Of a DNA stretch of 64,000 bases, positions 43,738 through 53,095 are shown piece by piece. A program made the translations under genes and the position numbers. Positions within the stretch are counted from its first letter, which is position 1. Every line of letters begins with the position of its first letter. The stretch spans positions 1-64,000 of the forward strand of contig PDIP01000038.1 in NCBI GenBank assembly GCA_002811645.1. The letters are read 5' to 3'. The DNA is from Corallochytrium limacisporum Hawaii (lineage: Eukaryota; Protista; Pluriformea). The notes beneath the pieces are model-generated. The model was not told the origin of the DNA, made no database searches, and was given only the letters and a program-made list of their open reading frames with translations.

Positions 43738-44847
43738 ATGCCGTCCGCAATGTCCGATACGAAACCGCAGATTTTTGTTTACACGCAGGAGTCTCTAAAC
43801 TACACAGTTTACGACGCCAAGTGGATCCCATCGTCCGCACGCATCGCGTCTCTGGGTAGCCATGCAAACGGCAAGGGTGCATTACAGATCTATGAGTTAG
43901 ATGGTGCATCGCTTAAGAAGACCATTGAGGCACCCCAACATGCCCAGGCATTCAAGTGCGGTACATTTAAGGCTAGTCGGCTTCGCGACAGATCATTGGC
44001 GACAGGGGATTTTGGCGGAGGTTTGCACGTGTGGGATTTGGAACGCCCGGACGTCCCCATATACGCTGTTGACAAGGCCCACGACCAGATTATCAATGCC
44101 ATCGATGGCTGTGGTGGCATTGTCGGGGCGGGGGCGCCTGAAATCGCTACTTCCGCACGTGATGGTGTGGTAAAGGTGTGGGACACTCGCCAGAGAGACA
44201 AGCCGGTGGCCACAATGCAGGGGACAAACCCCAGCGATGACAGTAAGGATGGTGTACTCACCGTACGTGATGCCTGGTGTGTGGCGTTTGGTGATGCCCA
44301 TGACGTCCATCATCGAGTGGTAGCTGCAGGGTATGACAACGGCGACATTAAGCTCTTCGATTTAGCAAAGATGAGTTTACTCTGGGAGACCAATGTTGGC
44401 AATGGTGTATGCGGCTTAGAATTTGACCGTAGCGATATTGAGATGAACAAATTAGTGGCTACCACTCTGGAAGGCAAGATCATTGTCTTCGACATGCGCA
44501 CAAGGCATCCTGAGGATGGATTCGCAAGGGTAGAGGAGAAGGGGATTCAAGGCACCGTTTGGTCCGCTCGCCATTTGCCATCTAACCGCGACGTATTCAT
44601 GACCACTGGCGGCAACGGCAGTATTTTCCTGTATCGGTATAATTACCCGGATAAACGCAAAAGTAAGGACAAGAAAGGAGTTGATAAAGGAGTCGCGGGA
44701 ACCTTGGAATTGCTGAATAACGCCAAGATCAGTGACCAGCCCGTCAGTACCTGGGACTGGCATCACCAGAAGCCAGGGTTGGCTGTTTGCTCGTCATTTG
44801 ATCAATCTTTCCGCGTGGTTCTTGTTACCCGCACGAATCTGCTGTGA
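43738..44847 (+). CDS. WDR92: WD repeat protein 92 (DNAAF10/Monad)
   Basis: KPQI...LNYTVYDAKWIP.SAR, FKCGTF.AS, IINAIDG.GG, RDAWCVAFG, AGYDNGDIKLFDL, EFDRSDIEMNKLVATTLE, HLPSNRDVFMT.GG.G. Confidence 0.95.
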   Translation: MPSAMSDTKPQIFVYTQESLNYTVYDAKWIPSSARIASLGSHANGKGALQIYELDGASLKKTIEAPQHAQAFKCGTFKASRLRDRSLATGDFGGGLHVWDLERPDVPIYAVDKAHDQIINAIDGCGGIVGAGAPEIATSARDGVVKVWDTRQRDKPVATMQGTNPSDDSKDGVLTVRDAWCVAFGDAHDVHHRVVAAGYDNGDIKLFDLAKMSLLWETNVGNGVCGLEFDRSDIEMNKLVATTLEGKIIVFDMRTRHPEDGFARVEEKGIQGTVWSARHLPSNRDVFMTTGGNGSIFLYRYNYPDKRKSKDKKGVDKGVAGTLELLNNAKISDQPVSTWDWHHQKPGLAVCSSFDQSFRVVLVTRTNLL

Positions 44848-45626
44848 AACCAAAATAGAAACCATAAATGTAGAAGAGAAATCATAGAGAGTCGCTGGCA
44901 AATCGGTGGAGCAATAGCATAGTATGAGTGAGTTTGTACGCGGGAACAATAAAAGGAGGCCGGAGAGTACGTGTGAAAAGTTATGGGCACCCAAGGTTTA
45001 GGTTCATGGACGCTGGTAAATAATCATCCCTGTACCTCATAAGTAAACGCCCTGGAGTTACATCTCGGTGACGCCAGTTGACGGACAATTTCATAGGACG
45101 GCGTCCTAGCTGGCCATCAGGCATGCGTTACCTGTCAAACTTTCTGATTCAAGCAGTCACCACCTTCTACACTATCATAATCTTCCGCAGTAAGTACCAT
45201 CTTCAAACTCGCGCGTCCAATTGCACGAAACCCGTGCGCTTCTGGCGCAGAGCCGAATAGAAACTTGCTGCACATATTCAACAGCGCACGTTACACTCCT
45301 CACCTCCCTCTGGCGGTCGTTCAACGCGCACGCGTTCGGAAGCCCCTGCGCGGGGCGCCGCCCGACCAATTTTTCTCTGAAAATTCGATTGGCGGGGAGG
45401 GTGCACAGATTTGGGTGTAGTGGAATGCCAACTGAACTGGACAGTTGGTGCAGATCACTAATATATGGTATCTCACGTATTGGTATTTGATCCGCCCTCC
45501 GGACCAAAATATGAGTAGCATTTTATAATTGCAATACACACCTTAGATGAAAGTGATTTGAAGGAGATGGTGTAGGTCAGGAAGCACTAGTCCGACCCAA
45601 AGCGGTCACCGCAGTTACAGTACACA

Positions 45627-47381
45627 ATGGGAAACAATAGCTCTTCAAATCCAAATGGAGAGACCGACGGAGTTGAGAGTCTGTTTGAAAAGGGTCTTGA
45701 TGATCTCAATGCAGCATTTGATGAACCAGAAAGTATACGCATCCAGCAAATTGTCCACAAGCTCCGGGAAGTTGAACACTGTGAACGTAAATCCTTGTTA
45801 AGTACCGTAACGAAGCTTGTCCACAATGACTTGGCCCCCAACTGTTCAGCGAACGAATTCCTGAACCTGATCAAATCTCTGGTGCTATTTCTTGTGGCCG
45901 TTGACTCAGTGAAACCCCCAAGTTTAACGGAATATGTCGAGCTGGCCAGAAAACCACTGGAAGACGATGAGTACGCAGGACTATGGGGCACTTACGTTGG
46001 TCACGGAGACACTCCTGGAGATGAGATATCACTTTGGGATCCTGATACAATTGCATCCACAGACAAAGCAGCGGCTGGACCGCTCACAGATGAACGGCTT
46101 GCGGACGATGGCGCACTGTGCGCCACCGAGGTCTTTCCGGCCAAGTACCTTGCTGTGGTCTGGCCACAGGCAACCAAAACGTTTCGCAGGTACGCAGCAC
46201 TCGACACGGACAACGCGAACGACACCGCCGAGATTCTAGCAGAAGTCCGTCAACGGTTCGTTCCAGACGTGGAGCTGCAGGTAGATGTAGAGGTACCCGT
46301 AGCCACCAAAGGCAGCAAAGGCCACAGGAAGCGTAAGTATGGCGCTCTAGCGTTCTCTGGCATTGCTGAGCGGAAGGTTGACCAAAGCATAGAGCCAGTT
46401 TCGGACTTCAAGATTGTACAAAACGGACGGAAAGCTACTCAAGAGACACTGAAGTGCCTTGTGGGGCTGAGGAATTTATTTGCCAGGCAGCTGCCACAGA
46501 TGGGAAAGGAGTACATAACTCGCACAGTCTTTGACTTCAAGCACAGAAATCTGGTGTTCTTCCGAAACAACCGCATCATTGGCGGAATCTGCTTTCGCGA
46601 ATTTCATGCTCAATCCTTTGCTGAGATTGTATTCTGTGCTATTATGTCGGATGAGCAGGTGAAGGGCTTCGGATCACTGTTGATGAACAACTTGAAGGCT
46701 AGTGTGGCAAGTGGACACATTTGGAATCTGCTCACCTACGCCGACAATGCAGCAGTCGGGTATTTCAAGAAGCAGGGGTTCAGCACGGACATCCAAATGA
46801 GAAAGGATAATTATGTTGGGCATGTCAAAGACTATGAAGGAGGTGTATTGATGCATTGCAAACTGTATCCACATATCCCATACCTTAGTATTAACTCGAT
46901 GCTCAACCAGCAGCTTGAGATCGTTCGGCAGCGCATCGTCGACACTCGGACACGTCACAAAAAGCAAAAGGGACTTGAGCGTCAGAATGGTGAAGCAATC
47001 CATCCAGAGGACATCCCAGGGCTCAAGGAGGCAGGATGGGTGCCGGATCGCAACGCACAAATGGCACGGGCGCAAATTTACCGCAGTATGGCACGAACCC
47101 TGGACGATGTCAAGTCTCACCATCAGGCTTGGCCATTCCGCGAACCAGTCGATACACGCATCGTTGTGGATTACTTGACGTTCATCGAACATCCCATGGA
47201 TCTCTCGACCATGGAAGCCAAGCTCAAAGCCCGCAAGTATCGCGACAAGGAGGCGTTCATCAAGGATATGCAGCTCATATTTGACAACTGCCGACGCTAT
47301 AATGCTCCATCCACTCCGTACTACAAGGCAGCAGATGCCCTGGAACGATACTTCAGGACGAAGCTGCAGCATCTAAAGTGA
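45627..47381 (+). CDS. GCN5: GCN5/PCAF histone acetyltransferase (GNAT domain plus bromodomain)
   Basis: RQLPQMGKEYITR.VFD..H, IGGICFR.F..Q.FAEIVFCAI, QVKGFG, LTYADN.AVGYFKKQGF, KDYEGG.LM.C; bromodomain AWPF..PVD...DY..I..PMDL.T...NC..YN. Confidence 0.95.
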   Translation: MGNNSSSNPNGETDGVESLFEKGLDDLNAAFDEPESIRIQQIVHKLREVEHCERKSLLSTVTKLVHNDLAPNCSANEFLNLIKSLVLFLVAVDSVKPPSLTEYVELARKPLEDDEYAGLWGTYVGHGDTPGDEISLWDPDTIASTDKAAAGPLTDERLADDGALCATEVFPAKYLAVVWPQATKTFRRYAALDTDNANDTAEILAEVRQRFVPDVELQVDVEVPVATKGSKGHRKRKYGALAFSGIAERKVDQSIEPVSDFKIVQNGRKATQETLKCLVGLRNLFARQLPQMGKEYITRTVFDFKHRNLVFFRNNRIIGGICFREFHAQSFAEIVFCAIMSDEQVKGFGSLLMNNLKASVASGHIWNLLTYADNAAVGYFKKQGFSTDIQMRKDNYVGHVKDYEGGVLMHCKLYPHIPYLSINSMLNQQLEIVRQRIVDTRTRHKKQKGLERQNGEAIHPEDIPGLKEAGWVPDRNAQMARAQIYRSMARTLDDVKSHHQAWPFREPVDTRIVVDYLTFIEHPMDLSTMEAKLKARKYRDKEAFIKDMQLIFDNCRRYNAPSTPYYKAADALERYFRTKLQHLK

Positions 47382-47735
47382 TTCTATTTCTCAATCGTGC
47401 CGAGCTGCCCGACTTTCTCTTTTAAAGAACTTAGCATTGTATCATGCCAACCCTCTGTAGTCAACCCCTGTGTTGCTCTCTTCCCAACTCCCGCTCCCTC
47501 TAGCGCTCCAACTGCAGACTTTCCGCGCCCAATCGGTGATCGCGGTCACTGGTCCCCCCCTCCAACCACACTGAGAGGTTAGGTGGGGCAGGGGCTCCCC
47601 GGGTGGCGGCGCTTCATCCAAGCGCGGTCCGGTGAGGTGGGCCCCCAGAAACTGTGTACCGTTTTGCAACTTAACAACCGATTTTGTCAGCTTGCGTCTG
47701 GACTGCTATCACTTCGTCCCGCAAGTGGTAAGCCT

Positions 47736-47739
<4 letters not shown>

Positions 47740-47765
<26 letters not shown>
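47740..47765. repeat. (CA)n microsatellite
   Basis: About 13 CA units. Similar tracts occur at about 18674-18692, 39607-39620 and 54594-54631. Confidence 0.9.
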
Positions 47766-47766
<1 letters not shown>

Positions 47767-48605
47767 CCCCGAGGGTAGTTCAGACCGCGAGGCAAAAGAC
47801 AACAGAGAGCTCCAGCCAAACCCACGTGGAAATTGAGAGAAACGGAATAGGGAAGGGGGGGGGTTTAGGTGGAGAAGAGACAAGGGCGAGCTCGTGAGTG
47901 TCAGTCTAGCTCTTGTTTTCCGAAGTTCTGTCTGCCAGTCAGCAACCTCACACTTTGGGTACCGCCGCCCCAGACACCAACGGACCTGACAGGCAGGTTC
48001 CAGGGCTGCAATGCATCAATTTGGAGAGGCTTGGTGACTGTCAAGATACCGGGGAAACTAGAACCCCCCCCCCCAGCTTTGCCCAGAGAGTACCAAGAGA
48101 ACTGAAAATTCCATTTGTTGCTGGTGCACTGTGCGAGTCTTGTTGTGCTTACGCGACAGACACATGGATGGCTTCGTAGCTCAGCCATTTACTCTTGGGG
48201 CTTTTTGTCGGATACGTGCAAGCCATTTCCTGTAGACATTGTAAGAGGGCACAATGATCCCCTATCACAGCCCTCCCGTACCCGGCATTGAGGGGGTTCG
48301 CTGCGCGCGTTGTCCACTGCCAAGTCACAGTGGGGTTCGAGCGGAGCACAAGAATTAATGGGTTGTTCGTGTAAGTTGGGCTGCTTTGCCGTGTTGTGAA
48401 CCCAGGGTGCGGTGATGGAGTGATGACGATTGGACAGGACAGTACTGTGAACTCCGAGTGCGGGGTATCAAAGACAAAACTGTCCGAGAGATCCGTGTTT
48501 TGTTTCGGTGGTACTTAACTCATTGAAGTTTAATACTCTGATCAAGAGTGCACTCCGTTTGCTCAAGCAAGTATTTTGTTTTCGTAAAGGTTTCATTTTA
48601 TCAAC

Positions 48606-49991
48606 ATGGATCTCGTTCTGTTGCAGAGCCTCGAGGAGGCCGACCCTGAGGTCTTTGACCTGTGTGAACGGGAAAAGACCCGGCAATACCGCGGTCTGGA
48701 GCTGATTGCTTCTGAAAACTTCACCTCCCGGGCTGTTATGGAGGCCAATGCCAGCGCCTTCACCAACAAGTATTCCGAGGGTCTGCCCGGTCAGCGCTAC
48801 TACGGTGGTAACGAGTACGTCGATGAGATCGAAACTCTGTGCCAAAGGCGTGCCCTGGCTGCCTTCCACCTGGATCCTGAAGAGTGGGGCGTCAATGTCC
48901 AGCCGTACTCCGGTTCCACCGCGAACTTTTCCGTTCTTACCGCTCTGCTGAAGCCCTTCGATCGCCTCATGGGTCTGGACCTGCCCTCTGGTGGTCACTT
49001 GACGCACGGGTACCAGACTGCCAAGAAAAAGATCTCATCTACCTCGATCTACTTCCAGTCCATGCCCTACCAAGTCAACCAGGAGACTGGCTACGTCGAC
49101 TACGAGAAGCTCGAGGAGCACGCCAAACTGTTCCGCCCCAACCTGGTTATCTGTGGCGGCTCTGCTTACCCCCGAGACTGGGACTTCAAGCGCTTGCGCG
49201 ATATTGCTGATCAGCACGGTGCCTACCTGATGATGGACATGGCTCACACTTCCGGTCTGATTGCCACTCAGCTGATGCAAAACCCCTTCGAGTACTGTGA
49301 TGTCGTCACCTCTACCACCCATAAGTCCTTGCGTGGTCCCCGTGCCGGTATCATCTTCTACCGCAAGAACAGCGACCGTGCCAACCTCAAGGGCCTCGAG
49401 ACCCGCGTCAATCAGGCTGTCTTCCCTGCCAACCAAGGTGGTCCTCACAACCATACTATTGCTGCTCTGGCAGTTGCCCTCAAAATGGCTGTCACCCCCG
49501 ATTTCATTGAATACCAGAAGCAGGTAATCAGGAATGCCCAAGTCTTGGCGCAGGCTCTCATGGAGGCTGGCCATCGTTGCATTACCAACGGTACCGACAA
49601 CCACTGTGTGCTCTGGGATGTCCGCCCCAAGGGCCTGACGGGTTCCAAACTCGAAAAGCTGTACGAACTGGCCAGCATCACCCTGAACAAGAACTCTGTG
49701 GTTGGTGATGTCTCCGCTTTGTCCCCTGGTGGTGTCCGTTTGGGCACCCCGGCCCTGACGTCTCGTGGCTTCAAGGAGGAAGAGTTCAAGAAGGTCGCTG
49801 CTTTCCTGCTCCGGGGAATTGACATTGCTCTGGAGATCCAGGCTGAGTACGGCAAGATGCTCAAGGACTTCGTTAAGGGACTGAACGGCAACTCCAAGAT
49901 TGCTGCCCTAAAGGAAGAGGTCGAGGAATTCGCTGGCCGGTACCAGATGCCCGGATTCGATGTCAAGGCCCTTAAGTACAGCCAGAACTAG
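48606..49991 (+). CDS. SHMT: Serine hydroxymethyltransferase, cytosolic type
   Basis: [32 protein letters not shown]-lysine motif [30 protein letters not shown]; no presequence; strong codon bias. Confidence 0.98.
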   Translation: MDLVLLQSLEEADPEVFDLCEREKTRQYRGLELIASENFTSRAVMEANASAFTNKYSEGLPGQRYYGGNEYVDEIETLCQRRALAAFHLDPEEWGVNVQPYSGSTANFSVLTALLKPFDRLMGLDLPSGGHLTHGYQTAKKKISSTSIYFQSMPYQVNQETGYVDYEKLEEHAKLFRPNLVICGGSAYPRDWDFKRLRDIADQHGAYLMMDMAHTSGLIATQLMQNPFEYCDVVTSTTHKSLRGPRAGIIFYRKNSDRANLKGLETRVNQAVFPANQGGPHNHTIAALAVALKMAVTPDFIEYQKQVIRNAQVLAQALMEAGHRCITNGTDNHCVLWDVRPKGLTGSKLEKLYELASITLNKNSVVGDVSALSPGGVRLGTPALTSRGFKEEEFKKVAAFLLRGIDIALEIQAEYGKMLKDFVKGLNGNSKIAALKEEVEEFAGRYQMPGFDVKALKYSQN

Positions 49992-50229
49992 ACGATCTTC
50001 TCTGTCCTTTTTGACACACCGGGAGAGCCCGTGTTCCCCAAAACTGCACGAGACAATGATTTTGTTCTCTTTGACCAGTATGTAACATTTGATCGTATAC
50101 CATCCTTCTGTAGTTTCCTAAAAGTTTCTGCTTTGAAAACATAAATGAGCTTTATACAACATGATACCATAAAGGAGGTATTTCTTCCTTCGTAACAGTG
50201 ATGGATTGGTGATGACTTCTACGAGGTAC

Positions 50230-51156
50230 TCACGCAGCCCAGTAACCAGAGGGCGTTTGCCAAGAGACTCTCTTAATAATACCGAGGACAGAAACAACGT
50301 TCTTGTGTTTCTTCAGGGCCTCGGCCAATGCTTTGGCGCCGGCACCCGGTGTCGCGACAATTTCGGCGTAGTATTCTGTAGGACCAAAGTGTGGCTGCGG
50401 CAGGCCCACACCGCCGTACAGTGGTTCAAACATGCGAGGCCAGAACTTCTCAGGCTCACTGAAGACCGTGGACGTGAACGCAGGTTGCATTAACACACAC
50501 CATACAGTGTTTTCGTCTGAGGTAGAGTCCCGGTCGATCCGGTCGGGGATACTGGTGCGATCGACAACCTGATACGACAACATAAGCGTGATGTTGACAG
50601 ATCTGTGGCACAGGTCCTCTCCAAGAATGTCCATGTCGTACATGGGCGCGCATATTTTGCTGCAGACTGCAGCATAGCCCTTACGGTCGGTGCTGGTCTC
50701 TCCTTTGACCCATTTCTGCAGTTCCTCAGCGGCGCCAGCCGTGTCAGGGAACGATTCCAGTTTGATGTTGTGCTCTGCCAGCCAAACCTCACTCTGTGCC
50801 AGAGCCTGAGGATGGCTGATTGCGGTGTGAATCTCCTCAAGTTTGGTTCCTTTCGGTGCCAGCAGATAATGCTGCACCCGGAATGGATTCTCACCGTCGA
50901 TCCAAATCTGTTTACCATCACTTTCGCCGCGAGCGGCGACTTCGCGCAAAATCTTGAACCATTCTCGAACGGGTCCCGCCGTTGAGTTTGCAACGGGAAT
51001 GAGTGCTCGATCCGCTCCCTTCTCAAAGATGGCATCAATACAGTCCATAAAGCTGCGACAAGGAACGGTGTTGCTCAGTTCGTTCCCGTAGTATTCCTGA
51101 CATGACTGGTCGCTGTAGGCACCGGGGCATCCTTGGAATGCTGCCCGCAGAGACAT
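50230..51156 (-). CDS. Prephenate dehydratase-like protein (divergent)
   Basis: AFQG.PGAYS, P..NSTAG.V, I.GE...VQH.LL, SHPQALAQ, DTAGAA. TRF is replaced by TLM and no canonical ACT motifs are visible. Confidence 0.8.
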   Translation of the reverse strand: MSLRAAFQGCPGAYSDQSCQEYYGNELSNTVPCRSFMDCIDAIFEKGADRALIPVANSTAGPVREWFKILREVAARGESDGKQIWIDGENPFRVQHYLLAPKGTKLEEIHTAISHPQALAQSEVWLAEHNIKLESFPDTAGAAEELQKWVKGETSTDRKGYAAVCSKICAPMYDMDILGEDLCHRSVNITLMLSYQVVDRTSIPDRIDRDSTSDENTVWCVLMQPAFTSTVFSEPEKFWPRMFEPLYGGVGLPQPHFGPTEYYAEIVATPGAGAKALAEALKKHKNVVSVLGIIKRVSWQTPSGYWAA

Positions 51157-51775
51157 CTTCTTCTATCCGTGCGCTGCGTTTCTTGATGCTGTGTTTCAAC
51201 TTGATGGACTAAACGAAGACAGTGCTCAAGGTTCAACTGAAGATCGATACCAACTGTCAGCAAAAGACACTTGCCCCCAGAAGTAGCCGCAGTTTTGAGA
51301 GCCAGTGCTGTTGCCCCTATTGCTGCCCTCCCTTGGAGGGAGCTAGAACGAAGTTGAGTCCGGCCGGGTTACTACGGCATGAGGGTCACAAGCGGGGCCT
51401 TTTTACGTTGCGCAGGTGTGCCTCGTTACTCGGTGGGGAAGGGAAGCGAAAGAAAAAGGCCGAACCGGGAGTTTTGATACTGTATGAAGTAACTATTGGC
51501 GTAGTGAATCCGTGTATTTCTACGAACGTATGATTCGAAAAATGGATGGATCGAGAGCTAAACTTAATGTAACAATTGATGAGGTTTTGCTTATGTTCAT
51601 GGATCATGGTATGTTCCTTTGCTTGTGCTTGTGCTTCTCTCACTAGTTGTCTGCGAATATGATCACTGTGCATGTTGCGCGCGAGTGATTCTGATGGTGC
51701 GACCTTTTGGTTGGTTGTGCAAACTATGGTCTTTGGTGTTGATTTTCATACGGTGGATTGTTGCTAGTGATACCA

Positions 51776-53095
51776 TCAGTCGCTGTCCTTGAGACTGAGA
51801 CTGCGAGGTGTCGTTTCTGGGGACACCACCTTTGGAATCTCGTGCGGTGCGAGCAGGTGCGTGGTCAGGTTGCTGAGGTCATTGAAAACCTTGTACCTGT
51901 CACTGATGGTGGACCTAAGGTACAGGTAGCCAGAGCTACCGCCGGTTCCAGACTTGCTACCAATCATACGCTGCACCATCTCCATGTGGCGGTACCGCCA
52001 GTTGAGCATTTCCTTGTCAATGTCAACCAGAGATGTGATGAACTGCCAGCTGAGGTGGAACTGGGGCTCGTCGCGGTAGTGATAAATCAGGAGGGCACCC
52101 TTCATGGCCTCAAAGCTGAGGCTGCGCTGTCCCTTGGACACAGAGGTCTCATAAGTGTTTCGATCCAGCACCTGCTCTGCCAGAGCCTTTTCACGCTTGT
52201 ACTCCTCTTTCATATGTTCCGTCTCCTCGTCTTCTTCGCCGTACAGGGATGTGGCCTCCTCGATCGCTTCCCTGCGAGCCTCCAGCTTGGCCTCCACCAC
52301 CATCTTGTACCGTTGGAAGAAACTGTCCCCAATCTTAAACACTGCAGGGGTCCGCTCCAGCCAGTCGTTGACCACATCGACCAGAGTAACACCTTCTTCG
52401 TAGTCTCGCAGTTTCTCCGCTTCCTCCGTCTCAAAGTGCTCGTAGTAATGCTTGCGCTGATACGTTGACCTCCGACCCTGCTTCAATCCACACAGGTTTT
52501 CTAGCACCCGGAATTGCACGCTCTGGAAACCCGACGCAGGTACCAGGTAGTCGCGGAATTCCATGAATGACTGGGGAGTCATGGTCTCCAGGATACCCAG
52601 CTGCCCACTCATGTTTTTCCAAATGAGCTTAATGCGGTCCAGCCTGGAGACGATGGACAGCATCTGCCGTTCCGGCACGTAGTCCGTGTCCATAATGTCT
52701 ATGATAGAGTTGATCTCAAAAATAACCTGCTTCATCCAAAGTTCGTGACTCTGATGCACAATGATAAAAAGCATTTCCTCATGTGCCGGGTTTCCCGCCT
52801 CGGCCGCCAAAGGCTTCTGGGCTCCCAAGATCTTGTCTAACTGTAGGTAACCTCCGTACCTCACTCCCTTGTTCTCTTCGTACAAGTGGATTGGATTAGC
52901 AGGGCCCAGGATAGGGCAACCACCTTGATAAGTCTCTTCAAGCGTTCGTGTATCCATAGTCCGGCGCGGGCTCGTACGACGACTGTTCGAAACCGATGAT
53001 GTTCCTTCGCTGCTATTCGGCGATGTTGAGCCCGAACGGTGAAATGGGCAGCCGCCACCACCTTCGGTGCGGCCCTTGGGTAGTTGCTTTTGCAT
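51776..53095 (-). CDS. TDO2: Tryptophan 2,3-dioxygenase (long eukaryotic form)
   Basis: Y..YLQLDKIL.AQ, HEEMLFIIVHQSHELWMKQ, LETMTP..F.EFRDYL.PASGFQS.QFR, WRYRH..MVQRMIG.K.GTGGSSGY.YL. Confidence 0.97.
   Translation of the reverse strand: MQKQLPKGRTEGGGGCPFHRSGSTSPNSSEGTSSVSNSRRTSPRRTMDTRTLEETYQGGCPILGPANPIHLYEENKGVRYGGYLQLDKILGAQKPLAAEAGNPAHEEMLFIIVHQSHELWMKQVIFEINSIIDIMDTDYVPERQMLSIVSRLDRIKLIWKNMSGQLGILETMTPQSFMEFRDYLVPASGFQSVQFRVLENLCGLKQGRRSTYQRKHYYEHFETEEAEKLRDYEEGVTLVDVVNDWLERTPAVFKIGDSFFQRYKMVVEAKLEARREAIEEATSLYGEEDEETEHMKEEYKREKALAEQVLDRNTYETSVSKGQRSLSFEAMKGALLIYHYRDEPQFHLSWQFITSLVDIDKEMLNWRYRHMEMVQRMIGSKSGTGGSSGYLYLRSTISDRYKVFNDLSNLTTHLLAPHEIPKVVSPETTPRSLSLKDSD

Noticed and set aside
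48371-48600. Possible riboswitch or C/D snoRNA upstream of SHMT (GTGATGA at 48420, short hairpins)
   Set aside because: No match to the THF, ZTP or TPP consensus, and no recognisable rRNA guide; it would need an Infernal or snoscan search.
51758-52468. Long antisense ORFs (also 7770-8468, 19967-20596, 28664-29329, 46674-47372)
   Set aside because: Shadows of codon-biased genes on the opposite strand, with no motifs of their own.
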